Shown: in pieces, positions 25,499 through 40,052 of the stretch
How the letters are laid out: the number at the start of each line of letters is the position of its first letter
How positions within the stretch are numbered: position 1 is the stretch's first letter
NCBI RefSeq assembly: GCF_009914755.1
Contig: NC_060932.1
Reading direction: 5' to 3' (one strand)
Length of the DNA: 64,000 bases
Source of the DNA: the human T2T-CHM13v2.0 reference genome, Homo sapiens
The notes under the pieces: generated by a model
What the model saw: the letters and a program-made list of their open reading frames with translations, nothing else
What the model was told of the DNA's origin: nothing
Database searches by the model: none
Translations under genes and position numbers: made by a program

Positions 25499-28400
25499 TT
25501 GTGTTTTGTTGATTAGTATATGCAACATTCTGTTTATTGTTGCTGTAGGAACAAATGAATGGCTTTTACCCTTTTCACTCTTCCTGATTCTTTCTACTTC
25601 TACTCACAAGTAGTGAAGTTTGGATCTGATTGTGTGACATTGAAATTTCTCACATATGCCATATTTCCCAAGGTCCCATGGATAGAAACTTAAAAAATAA
25701 TGAATTTGGATAAGATGCAAATATACTCTTTTCACAACTATAATTGGAAAACATGAAGATGAAGCATCTATGCATATATCTTCTCTAACACATACAACTG
25801 ATGTATAATTTCAGAAAGATTGGACAGCAAGAGCATTGCTCCTAAATGAATTTCTTTTTACAAGAAAGAATTAGATAATTACTTTTTGTTAATTTTTAAT
25901 TTTTTTATTTGGCCAATGCAGTACATAAGTCAGCAGAGTCCCTCCTGTATTTCTATTCACTGACTGAATGTTAATTAGCAGAGTGGAATCCTCTTATAAT
26001 AAATCCTGGATGCTTTTGGGAATTATGTTAAAAGAGGAATTCAATTATACACAATGAACATTGCCTGCTAAGACTTAAAGAAACTTTGGCAATCTGCTGA
26101 AGTCATATGACATTTCTCAATATGCAAGTTGCACAAATGCCTTTTATTTCTTTCCTCCAGAAACATACATACTACTTTCAGGCCAAATACTGTGTCTTCT
26201 TGGAGATTCATTCCTCTATCGCATTTCTTCTTTCCCAGATCTTTACCTCTTCTGTTGTAAGGCATGCATAAAAAGATCTATACATTTGATTCCAGGTGAG
26301 ATTTGTCAAAAATAATTTTTAAAAATCTATACACTTGAAAGAAAATTATAAAATCACACTTAGGCTTGACAGGAAGCATAAAAAATTGTACTCATATAAT
26401 TCTTGTATAAAACATGGGTGAGGAATAGTTCTTTAGTGGACCTTTACATTATGTATTTACCTATACATATTCCTGCTTTATATCTCCTTTCTTATTAATA
26501 TTGCTACACTGTACACGCAACCCTGCCCACAGAAACATTTTGTCTGTTTCATTATACTCACAACTTAACATTTTAAATGTTTCCAATAAAACATGTTCCA
26601 GATTATTTTTCATACTCAAGTATAATTTTATGGTACATAAATTGTTGCACATATTTTAGAGGGCTTGTGATTTTATGTAAATTGGTTTAAATAGTTGAGC
26701 AATAGAAGCAAAGTTGAGTGAATGAATTAATGAACAACTTGCAATTTTTCTTGCAATGTCCATCTATAATGGAAAACTAGGCACACAGCTAGCATTTATG
26801 GAATTAAGATTAAACATGTTTCAACTTGGACTCTTGCAAAATGAAAAAGAAATGAATGTTCATTATAATCTCACCAAATAGAAGTAATAAATTATGATGA
26901 ATTTTGTCCCTTGAAAGATAGTGTTGGCAAATTGCTGGCGGCTAATTGTAGCAATGAAATTTATGTTAAAGAACAGTGACTAGTACATATTTTGCTCAGT
27001 CCTAAAGGTTTTTGCTATTTCTTTTTCCTTCTGGCCTGTGGAATTTCCCTTGGCTTTTATGACTCATCAGCTAAGATGCCAATAAAGCTGCTCAAAATTA
27101 AGTGCCATAGTAGGCAAGTTATCTAACCAAATTTTGGGATCTGGTGGGATTTTTCCTTTTGACATTTCAGGTCTGTTGATTTCTGACATGTTAAGGATGA
27201 AAATATTTGCCCAGACCTATGCAAATATTATTTTTTAAAACATCTATGAGTTTGAAAATGTAACTTCTAAATGTTACATTTGCATAGGGAAAAAATGGCC
27301 TGAGATGATAAAGTGTGATCTAATAAATGTTTAAACATTGATTATGGTTTTGGTAATTAATTCAATCCCTTAACATAATTTTACTGTTTCTCCATTAATA
27401 AAAGTATGACATTATTTTGTGGTATCAGTTAAATTCTGCCTTTAATTTTTAAAATAATGGGAAGGGAGTGTGGCCTAATATACATTGATGCAGAGCAAGT
27501 ATAATTAATTTCTAGGCAAATAATACCCAAGGAGATGTATGACAGCATGAGATCCCAGTCATGAGTCTGTTCTGAACGTGATGAGCAGAAAGGAAACTAT
27601 ATTTTTACATTTTCGGTATTTTGAAGTTATTGCTAATTCTTTACTAAAGTGATTGTCACCTCCTGCAAATTTCATTAGATTGCAGTAGAAATGGGCTGAA
27701 GAGAAAAAAAGTAATATGGATTATGTTTGTGTTTCGAGGTAAAGCCTTATAGCTCTGACTATGACTTGTGCAGGATGTGTGCTGGGAAACACATTAATAT
27801 CCAATCCCTTGTGGAAATGGAAAAACATTAAATTACCCACAAGGGCATTTCCTTTACATGTTCCTCTCCTTCTTCAGCTACGAAAACTACATAGATTACA
27901 TAAAATGGTGGATTTTGAGTGCTTCCCTACAGAAGCTTACACATTTGCAGGGTTCTTTTTTACCTTTTAACCACATTCATCTAATCAAGATCATATTTCT
28001 GCTTATTGTAAAAAGTGACCATATTTGTGTTCTGAATCTGAAAAGTGTGCTGACTCAAACAAACCAAAAAAATACTTTATATTCCTGATATTATGTTGAC
28101 CTAATATGTATATTAAAAGAACATTTGGAAAATGATTATGTTTATATGTTTATATTGAAAGGATGTTGACTGTTAGGTTATATCGAATGAAAATTCCTTT
28201 TTCAGAAATTAAACTCTTTAAAATTGAATATGAAAAGCCTTACATTCTGCTTTTCTTTAATTTACATTATATCATAAGCATATTCTTTTTTCCCACTATG
28301 GTTTTGTTATTCTGAAAGTTAAAAAAAAAATTACATCTATCTTACAAGCTAAACGCAATAAGCATATTCTTACATAAAACTATCTATTAGTCTAATTCTA

Positions 28401-29488
28401 ATGGCTGTGCATTATTGCAGCCTTATCTGTTTTAGTACCAATTAGACCAAGTAGCCTCTTATTATTCACCTTTTAAAAGTTTAAGACTTTAATTTTGGTG
28501 TTAAATCATAACATAGAGTTGCCATACGTGATTTAATGTTAGGCTTTTAGGTTGGATATTCCCAAATAGTTTGTCCCAGGCTACTGATCATTGGGATTGG
28601 TGACAGAAATGCTGGGACCTCAGCGTTCCAGTCCTTCTGGTAACTGGTTGAACTTTCATTCCGTGCAAGCAGCCTATTCTGGGTTCACTGTGTACTGTAC
28701 AAATATTGTTATTTCCTTTATTTGTTTTGATGTGAAGGTGTTGGGACACACTGGTTAAGATTGCGTCTGAGATTTGAGGCTTGAGAGTAATGCTTTGGAG
28801 AACAAAAATCACAGTCAGTGTCTCAATGTTTTCCTCAGGCTAAAGTCCTTAAAGGGTTAAAGTATATGAACTATTTTAAAGTTCTTAATACATTCCAGAG
28901 GAAGGCCATTAGGCATATTTACCAGGAATCTCCTAAACTCTTGCCAGAATTAAGTATTCTCTTAAAATCTATAAATGAAAAGTAAAAATCCCACAAAATT
29001 ATTTCATCATATTGATAAATATAAAATGAAACTTTTTGTCCTTGAAGTTGGATTTCCTGGTTTACCAGTGAATTTCTTTAATCACTAATAAATAATTTTT
29101 ACATATATTTATTAGACTTTTTAATGATTTTTTTGTGTTCCTGGCCATATTTCTTTCGGAGAGTTTATTTTCCTATTGACTTGTTGATATTTATTATGTA
29201 TTAAAAATAATGACTTGTATCATTTCATATTGTGGCAAATAATTTTTAGCAATTTTTCTCTTGTCTTTTAATGTTATAATAGCTTTTTTATTACAGAGAA
29301 GCTATATTTTTCTCTTTCCAATTTCTTCCATTCATTTTATACAGTTTTTTCTCTCCAATATTAGACAAATATTACCTAAAAGTTCTTCACATTTTCCTCT
29401 TGGAATTCTTCAATCAATTTTGAGTTTATTTTGGTGGTTATTGTGAGGCAAGTGTTTAACAAGGTATTTCCAAATAAAATTTGTTAGA

Positions 29489-29838
<350 letters not shown>

Positions 29839-32800
29839 TCATCTTAATTACTATGTATAATATTGTCACAGCTAATATTTATTAAATCTTTAATTTTTAC
29901 CAGGCATTGTACAAACATCCCATTTTGTTTGCAAGCAGATTGTAATTATTAACCAACTTATACATGAGAAAACTAATATTGAGGGAGATGTAATAGATTG
30001 CTTTAAATCCCTCAGTTTGTAAGCCTGGGGAGCCAGGATTGTACCTACTCCACGTTCGCCAAATGTAGGCTGCACTAAGTTAACGATTCTCATCTAGGCA
30101 ATGGAGAGTTAGCCTCCATTAACATATGTTATTTCTGTTTTAGTTATTGTAGTTTTACATGTTTAAAGTAGATAAAGTCCTTCCTTTTGTTCTTCTTTTG
30201 CAAAATCAAAGAGTTTAACTACATCATACAATAACTAGCTGTTCTAAAGCATGCCTTCTTATATGATTTTTTTTTTAAGAACAGGTTTAGCGTTTCAATA
30301 TTTCAAGAAAAGCTTGGGAGACCTTTTCCCAGAATACAAAAAACTATTCATCAGCTTCTAGAGATTATTTAGTTTGCTTATACAGAAAGTATTTCATCTA
30401 GTGATTTTTATAGAGTTTCTTAAATAAAGCTTAAATCATATTCACAAGAATCTTATAAATTAGAAGACAGAATTGAAATCTTAACTTCCAGTTATTTTGT
30501 TCAGAATATTGGGACATCTAGATTCAGAGATAACACAAACTGCTTGGGAAAAAAGGAAGCTGAGTAATTTGTAAGTAAGTAAGTAAATATCTCTCCACGA
30601 TGTCACAACTACAAAAATGTATTAGTATTTCTCAAGAATTGTGAATCAGATGTCTGTATTTATTTTACTTAAATCTGAATTTCTGAAACTTGTCATTTTC
30701 AAGTTTCACTAATTTTTTTTATGTTTATCAAGAAAGTATTTGCATTCCAGTAGTAAGAATACAAGCATATTTTAAAAAAGAAATTTCTGGAAAGATCACC
30801 TAATCGAAGAAGAAATATAAAGGGTTTATTAGCTAAGGAGACAAACTTCAAATAATATCAAGAAAAGGTAATCAAGAACTAGTAGACATCTGTACTTGGA
30901 GATCACAAAAGTTGAGAAATGGCCATGTAGGGTCTGTTGTTCCAGGAGAAAGTGACAAGAATATCTCAGCCTGAAGAACCTGCAGCCTAAGGACAGTCAA
31001 ATGCAAGCAGACAGTAGGGAGACCTTGGAAGTGGAAGTCATTAACCTCTGCCAGGGGTGCATTTCCTGACACCTGTATGTTCCTGTGGCCCCACCACTTG
31101 AGGCCAAGTCAGTGATCAACGTGGGGAAATCAATAATACTTTGGTGGATTTGCCTCACTAGACTGCATTCCTGGGAGATGACAATATGAATGAACATGCT
31201 CAATTCAAATTTTGCTTGTAGTCTTTTCTATTCCCAACAAAACTTCCACCTCCAGATCCCTTTCAGTTTCCATTCCTGTCTTCTGGCCAGTGCCCCACCT
31301 CATTGCCATTATTGTAGAAACCTCTTCCTACAGGATATCACCACTGTTTCTCCTAGTTAATAACCTAGGAAGCTGCACACCATCCTTCATCCCTCCTTCT
31401 GCTTCCAGCCTGGGTTAAGGCGGTCACACTCATCATGTTAACATCTCTGCTGCACTCTTATTTGTCCACATGACTGTCCAACCCAGGAGTTCCCATCTGG
31501 CGGGTAGTGGGATACATGCCACTCTGGGCGGCCAGACCTTTCTTGAGATTTACTGCTGTAGATATTGATAGAGATACAGGTGGGGAAACTAATTGTGAAT
31601 GGCCCACAGCTCTCCTAGACTATATACTTCCCCTGAAAGAGCAGGAACTCTGCTATAATCACATGAAATAATTGAAATTAAGGCCTTACTTACATTAACT
31701 TATTTAAAATTACACAACCCCTTTGTGAGGTAAGTTTATCTTAATTTTTAGATGGAAAAACTTAGTTTTAGAGAAGGTAAGTAACTACAGTTAATGGTGT
31801 AGGTATGATTGGAACCTATCTGTCACATTCCAAAGCCCTGGTGGCCCATCTTGGGGCACTAATGGGATTCAAATAATCACTTTCCCACTAGTTTCTGGAG
31901 GCCAGGGAGTATGTACCTGGACTTCAGGGAGCAGTTTCAATGGTATCTGTCTTATACACAAGATTTATTTGTAAGGTTTGCTTTGAACATAAGAATTGCC
32001 CTGCTGTAAACAAACTTTGAAATTACCCATTCAAACTGTTCTGAAATTTCAATGTTTATCCTATTTTCTTATGGAGCATTAACGATAACACGTAGCTGCA
32101 TCATGTGAATGTTTTGTCTTTTCTAGTAAGCATTTTTGGGGCTTGATGATTTAGAGAATTATAAAAGTATTTTCTTTGCAAAGACATTTATATTGGAGAT
32201 GTTGAGTGCCTTTAAGGGCCTAAAAATCATGTTTGCTTTGGTCAAGTAACAAAACATTTACTTATGTTAAATAATGTCATTAAACTTTTTCAAGACTCAT
32301 AAAATTAGATAGAGGAGGCCACAGTTATAACTTTTTATACTTTAAATGATTTGCAAGTGTGTCTAACTTGAGAGAGAAAAGAAAAAAACATAAATCCAAT
32401 GTCATTAATACGTAAAAATAGTCAGAAATTTATCAGAAACTGTTTCATACTCAGGAGTGAACCCTAGCCAATTCTATCACTTATTCTTTTAATGAACATT
32501 AAATCTTAACTATATTTGTCCTGACCCAAATTTGTAAAACACCAAATTTCCTCTTTCCCTCTTTTTGTGAAACTGCCCAATTTAAATTCTGTCTTTGAAG
32601 GCTGATTCTAAAGAATGTAGTTCGTTTGTGACTTTAGGTTCAACAACACCCCAGTAACATTTCAGAAAGCCTCCTTATTCCACTGTTGACTGGTTTCCTG
32701 CTAGACAACAGAAAGCTGATGTTCTACATTTCTTAGACCAATGGCTTTTTCATACAGCTGTTGACATAAAAGGAAAGCAAAGAAAATAAATCATCTTTTG

Positions 32801-34131
32801 TATATTACAAGTTAAAGCATAACATCCTCATTTTATCTGTGGTTTTAAGCCTTTGCTCAGCCATGATGTGCAAATGTCAAATGGTCGACTTTTGATGTGT
32901 TTTCATACTGTCAGTAAAATAGACTGTAGCAAGGCAAACTGTCCAGGTCTGTGGCTGGTTTTCAAAAATCAATAACTAACATTTGTAAGTGCATTGCTAA
33001 AATGCTTTTTATTATTTCAACAAACCTAGAAGTTAGTATTATTATCATCTCCATTTTAAAGATGTGAAATGAAGCACAGAGAGAATGGTACCCCCAATCA
33101 TATAGAACTAGAATTCCTTTAGGTTTATTCTGAATGTCCTTCAGAATTTTAGCAAATAGGTGGCAGTGTAGCTTGCAAAATCTTCAATCAAATTACTTTA
33201 CCCTTGTTTGATATGAGTTCAGAGAGTTCCATGATGTAGATTCTGTGATTATTAACACTAGAATATATTTATAATAAATCAATATAATACAATAAAATGA
33301 AACATAATTTTTATCGTAACAAGTCATGTTCATCTCAGGATATTCAGTACCTAGCCCAGTGTCAAGAAGAAGAGATACTCAATAAATGCTTGGTAGATTG
33401 AACTGAAGGAGGAAAAATCATCCTGAGAACTTTTAGGTGTCCTTTTATTCATTGGCCACTTTTTCCAAATGGTTAGTGTCATAAGTAGAATATAATGGTA
33501 TACTTCAAACGTCACATTATAGTTCTTTTAACTGCACTTAAAGAGGGAGGTCCTGTGTCTTAGGTACCTCCCATGAGTCCAATTATTAGGCTGAGGTTAT
33601 TGGGTAATGTGGATCTGAGTAATTTTCATTTTTTGACCTTTAATCTCTTTAGAAATTTAAGTTTTTATCTAACTAAATAACAGTAGCTCCAAATTAAATG
33701 TTTGAGTATGCTGTAATATTATTATCATCATTGTGGCCATAGTGTCAGTACAACTATAAGTAATAGGATTTAGTTTAACTCAGGATGGCTTTGGAAACTA
33801 TAAGGTCTTAGTATCTCCAAGGCATGGCTAAAACATGCTTCTAGAACAGGGTTGGAAAGCTCTGCCTAAGGCAGTATGCCCTTAAAACTCTTAGTTTAAA
33901 TTCTTATTTGAAGGAAAATAAATTGCTCCATATCTTCAACTTCTTTGTCCATTGCTGCTTCCATTTTCTGTCCTTAATAGAAACCTTTTTCCCAGGCATT
34001 TATCACTTGTTCTTTTATGCAAATATTCATTACTTTTTCATGCCACAGTTATGAGAGGCAGTATTGTTTATCATAGCTCTCCACTGCAACTTCCTGATCA
34101 TTCATTTTCATCTCTAAATAAAAATCCTTTG

Positions 34132-37100
34132 GTAACAGGCTAAATGCCTCAATTAAAAGGCACAGAATGGTCAGCTGAATAAAGAACCAAGGCCCATTGG
34201 TATGCTGTCTTGAAGAGACCCATCTCATATGCAATGCCACCCATACACTCAAAATAAAGGCATGGAGAAAAATCTACCAAACAAATGGAAAACAGAAAAA
34301 AGCAGGGGTAGCAACCTTACTTTCAGACGAAACAAACTTTAAATCAACAAAGATTAAAAAAAAAGACAAAGAAAGGCATTACATAATGGTAAAGAGTTCA
34401 ATTCAAGAAGACTGAAATATCCTATATATACATGCACCTAACATAGGAGCAGCCACATTCATAAAGCAAGTTCTGAGAGACCTTCAAAGCAACTTAGACT
34501 TCCACACAATAATAGTGGGATACCTCAACATTGCACTGACAGTTGTAAATAGATCATCAAAGCAGAAAATTAACAAAGATATTTAGGACCTGAACTCACT
34601 CAGCACTGGATCAAATGGACCTGAGAGACGCTTACAATACTCTCCATCCCAAAACAACAGAATATACATTCTTCTTATTGCCACATGGCACATACTTTAA
34701 CATTGATCACATAATCAGAAATAAAACACTGCTCAGCAAATGCAAAAGAGCAGCAATCATAAAAACCAGTTTCTTGGTTTTTATATGGTCCAGTTTCTCG
34801 GACCATAGCACAACAAATTTAGAAATCCAAACTAAGAAATTCAATCAAAACAGTACAATTACTTGGAAATTGAATAACCTGCTCCAGAATGACTTTTGGG
34901 TAAATAATGAAATTAAGGCAGAAATCAAGAAGTTTTTGGAAACTAATGAGAACAAAGATAAAATGTTCCAGAATTTCTGGGACACAGCTAAGGCAGTGTT
35001 AAGAGGGAAATCATACCACTAAATGCCCACATTGAAAAGTTAGAAAGATCTCAATTTAGCAATCTAACCTTGCAAATAGAACAACTAGAGAACCAAGAGA
35101 AAACCAACCCCAAAGCTAGCAGAAGACAAGAAATAACAAAAATCAGAGGAAGGAAACACAGGCATGAAAAACCATTCAAAAGATCAGTGAATTCAGGAGT
35201 TGGTTTTTTGAAAAAATTAATAAATTACATAGATGGCTAGCTAGACTAATGAAGAAAAGAGACCCAAACAAACACAATCAGAAACAACAAAGGGGATGTT
35301 ATCACTCACCCCACAGAAATACAAATAACCATCAGATAATAATATAAGCACATCTATGCAGATAAGCTAGAAAATCTAGAGGAAATGGATAAATTCCTGT
35401 ATACATACATCCTCCCAAGAATAAACCAAGAAGAAATTGAATCTCTGTATAGACCAATAACAAGCTCTGATATTGAATCAGTAATAAATAACCTACCAAC
35501 CAAAAAAAGGCCAGGATCAGATGGATTCACAGCTGAATTCTACCAGATGTACAAAGAAAATCTCATACCATTCCTGGTGAAAGTATTCTAAAAAATTAAT
35601 GAGGAGGGGCTCCTCCCTAACATTCTATGAGGCCAGCATCATCCTCATAGCAAAACCTTGCAGAGACACAACAAAAAAAGAAAGCAAAAAAAGAAAACAT
35701 TAGGCCAATATTCTTAATGAATGTTGATGCAAAAATCCTCAACAAAATACTGGCAAACTGAAACCAGCAGCACATCAAAAAGCTTACCACAATCAAGTGG
35801 GCTTTATCCCTGGGACGCATGGTTGGTTCAACATATGCAAATCAATAAATGTGGTTCATCACATAAACAGAACTAAACAAGAAACTACATGATTATCTCA
35901 ATAGATACAGAAAAGGCTTTCAATAAAATTCAACACCCCTTTATGTTAAAAACTCTCAATAACCTAGGTTTGGAAGTAACATACCTCAAAATAATAAAAG
36001 CCATATCTGACAAACCCACAGCCAACGTCATACCAAACGGATAAAAGCTGGAAGAGCTCCTTCAGCTGAGAAACAATTTCAGCAAAGTCTCAGGATACAA
36101 AATCAATGTACAAAAGTCAGTAGCACTCCTAAACCAAAAAAAGTCAAGGCAAGAGCCCAATCAGCAACAAAATCCCATTCACAGTTGCCACAAAAAAAAA
36201 TAAAATACCTAAGAATACAGCTAACTAGGGAGGTGAAAGATCTTTACAATGAGAATTACAAAACACTGCTCAAAGAAATCAGAGATGACACAAACAAATG
36301 AAACAACACCCCAAGCTCATAGATAGGAAGAATCAGTGTCATTAAAATAGCTCTACTGCCCAAAGCAATTTGTAGATTCAATGCTGTTCCTATTAAACAA
36401 CCAATGACATTATTCACAGAACTAGAAAATAATACTTTAAAATCCACATGGAACCAAGAAAGAGCCCAAATACCCAAGGCAATCCTAAGAAACAAACAAA
36501 CAAACGAACAAAAACCCCACAAAGCTGGAGGCATCATGCTACCTGACTTCAAACTATACTATAGGGCTACAGTAACCAAAACAGCATGGTACTGGTACAA
36601 AAACAGACACATAGACCAGAATAGAGAGCCCAGAAATAAAGCTGCACACCTACAACTATCTGATCTTCAACAAAGCTGACAAAAACAAACAATGGGGAAA
36701 AGACTTCCTATTCAGTAAATGATGCTGGGATAACTGGATAGCCATATGCGGAAGATTGAAACTGGATCCTTTCCTTATACCATCTGCAAAAATTAACTCA
36801 AGATGAATTAAAGACTTAAATGTGACACTCAAAATTATAAAAATTCTGGAAGACAACCTAGGCAATACCATTCTCGACACAGAAACCAGCAAAAATTTCA
36901 CGATAAAGATGCCAAAAGCAATTGCAACAAAAGCAAAAATTGATAAATGGGATCTAATTAAAGTAAAGAGCTTCTGCATAGCAAAAGAAACTATCAGCAA
37001 ACAGACAACTTACAGAATGGGAGAAAGTTTTTTGCATACTATGTATCTGACAAAGGTCTAATATTCAGCATCTATAGGGAACTTAAACAAATTTACAAGA

Positions 37101-37940
37101 AAAAAAACCATTATAAAGTGGGCATGAACAGACACTTTTCAAAAGAAGACCTACATGCAGCCAATAAGCATACGAAAAAAAAGCTCAATATGACTGATCA
37201 TTAGAGAAATGCAAATCAAAATCACAATGAGATACCATCTCACACCAGTCAGAATGGCTATGATTAAAAAGTCAAAAATTAACAGATACTGGTGGGGTTG
37301 CAGAGAAAAAGGAATGCTTATATGCTGTTGGTGGGAGTGTAAATTAGTTCAACTACTGTGGAAAACAGCATGTCAGTTACTCAAAGACCTAGAAACAGAA
37401 ATATCATTTGACCCAGCAATCCCATTACTGGGTATATTCTCAATGGAATATAAATTGTTCTGTCATAAAAACACATATGTTCATTGCAGCAATATTTACA
37501 ATAGCAAAGACATGGAATCAACCTAAATGCCCACCAACGGTAGACTGGATAAAGCAAATGTGGTACATATACACTATGGAATACTATGCAGTCCTAAAGA
37601 AGAATGAGATCATGTCCTTTGTGCAAACATGGATGGAGCTGGAGGCTATTATCCTTAGCATACTAATACAGGAACAGAAAGCCAAATATTGTGTGTTCTC
37701 ACTTATAAATGGGAGCTAAATGATGAGAAGACATGGACACATAGAGGGGGAACAACACTCACTGGGACCTATCAGAGGGTGAAGGGAGGGAGGGGGGAGA
37801 GGATCAGTAAAAATGGGTACTGGGCTGAATAGCTGGATGACGAAATAACGTGTTCGACAAACCCCTGTGACACAAGTTTACTTATATAACAAACCTGCAC
37901 ATGTACCCCTGAACTTAAAATAAAAGTTAAATAAAAAAAT
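34132..37940 (+). mobile_element. 5'-truncated older L1PA (about L1PA13-16) LINE-1 with broken ORF2 and an internal RT deletion
   Basis: EN/RT/C-terminal ORF fragments; 3' end aacaaacctgcacatgtacccctgaacttaaaataaaagtt; possible degenerate TSD aaaaatcctt/aaaaattctt. Confidence 0.9.
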
Positions 37941-37989
37941 TCTTCCGACATTCATATTACCTTATATAATTTTTTTCCAATAAAAATAA

Positions 37990-38585
37990 ACAATTTTATT
38001 TCATTTTAAATTGTTTAAATTGTTTATATTTTTGTGGGTACATTGGTGGATATATTTATGGGATACATAAGATGTTTTCATATGGGTGTGCACTGCATCT
38101 TAATACCATCAGGGTAAATGGGGTATTCATAACCTCAAGCACTTATTCTTCATGTTACAAATAATTCAATTATACTCTTTTAGTTATTTTTAAATGTACA
38201 GTTAAATTATTTGACTGTAGTCACCCTGTTGTGCTAGCAAATACTAGGTCTTATTCTTTTGAACTATATTTTTGAACCCATTAAATTATCTTCAGTTCCC
38301 TCCACCCCACCCCATACTAACTTTCCTAGCCTCTGGCAACCATCCTTCAACTCTTTTATCTCCATGGGTTCAGTTGTTTTAATTTTTAGCTCCCACAAAT
38401 AAGTGAGAACATGCCAAGTTTGTCTTTTGGTGCCTGGCTTATTTTACTCAACATTATCTCCTCCAGATCCATCCATGTTGTTGTAAATGACTGGATCTCA
38501 TTCTTTTGTATAGATGAATAGTACTCCATTGTTTATATGTACCACGTTTTCTTTATCCATTCATCTGTTGATTGACATTTAGGTT
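37990..38585 (-). mobile_element. L1MA-type 3' end fragment
   Basis: Antisense L1 3'UTR: agctcccacaaataagtgagaacatg, ttctttatccattcatctgttga. Confidence 0.85.
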
Positions 38586-38599
38586 TATAGAATTTCAAT

Positions 38600-39800
38600 T
38601 TAGCACTCACACTCCTCAGTCACTGAGAATTTTGACATGACATAACCAATCTATCCAACATTCTATCCAACATTCTATCTCCAAAGTTTTTCTACCATAC
38701 CTTCCACCCAATACTTCATGCCTGTGGCCATACCTGTAACCTTATCATAACCTAGTTTTATTCTTCTTCTGGACTTGAACTCCAGCGTGTCAGTGGTAAT
38801 ACCCTCCTTTTCATTTTCTAACTCCATCAGTCCCACTCTTCCTCTTCTTTGATTTCCCTAAGAACTCCAGGCCCTAAGCCATTGCCTCCTTATGGCTGCC
38901 TTATCCGGCCAGTCCCTGAACAGTGCATTTCATCAATGACTCTCCATTTAGCCTTCCTTTGCTGCTAATGTCCAGTTTTAATCTGCCCTCAATATGTATC
39001 TTATTCTCCCTACCAATTATTCCAAACCTGATCCTAGCCTCCTACTTCTCAAGAAAAAATAAAACTATCAAGCAAGTAAAACCAAACAAACAAAACTTGG
39101 GTCCCTCAGGTGTAAAGTCCTTTAACATCCATAAGCCTGTATTCATCTGTGTAAGCAGCCCCTCTCATTTGTTTTCATCCAATCTCAGAAGAGGTTTAAA
39201 TTATCGTGTTCCAGGATGGCTCTTGATAGAATCCTTTCTCCCCATTTCTAAAAATGTACTTCTTTGTCTTTTGCTGTATTTTTAACACTTCTCTTTCGAC
39301 TTTCCTGCAGGCTATGGACATTCTCAAGCATTTTTCAATGGCAAACAAATGTACAAATGATTTCATTTTCCACCTTTAGCTACTATTGCCCTTACCTGTC
39401 TTCTGCCCTTTCACCAACATCTTAGAAAAGAAAGACACAGCTTCTTTCTCACTAATGAGTTCTTTAATTCATTGCAAAAGTGAAAATATATTTCTACATA
39501 TCAAAATCCAGTGAACTCCTTACAGCCTTCATTTTATTTCATCCTTCTGTGGAAATTGATAAGGTTAATTACCACTTTTTCTTCCTGAAGTTCCTGCTTC
39601 TTTTGTCTTCTTAGACCCCATTCCCTTCTGATCATCTGGCTTCCTGACCATCCATCTTAGTCTTCTTTGCTAGACATCTTCCTGTCTTCCCCTGAAATTT
39701 TGACGTTAACCAATACTTCTGGTCCCTATTTTATTCTCATCTTGCACACTCTCTCTGACTAATTCCATTCACAGCCATGATTTCTATTGAATTTAAGTCC
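38600..39800 (+). mobile_element. Degenerate L2 fragments
   Basis: Pyrimidine-rich L2-like sequence (attccattcacagccatgattt); boundaries approximate. Confidence 0.45.
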
Positions 39801-40052
39801 AGCTCTCCTATTATTAGGAGGAATAATCTGGTGGTGACTTGAGGTAGTTAAATTTGAGTGGAGAACAATTCGAAAGATGACAAGGACACCTGTTAGAAAC
39901 CTGTTTTTCTTGAGTATGATGATGAATTTATGGACTTAGAGTAGCAATGGATAAGAAGGAGGAATAGCATGTTTTTTTATTTTTCATTTTCTCCTATGTA
40001 ATTGCTTTTACAACTTTGTTGAGGCATAATTTAGGTATTATAAGATTTACAA

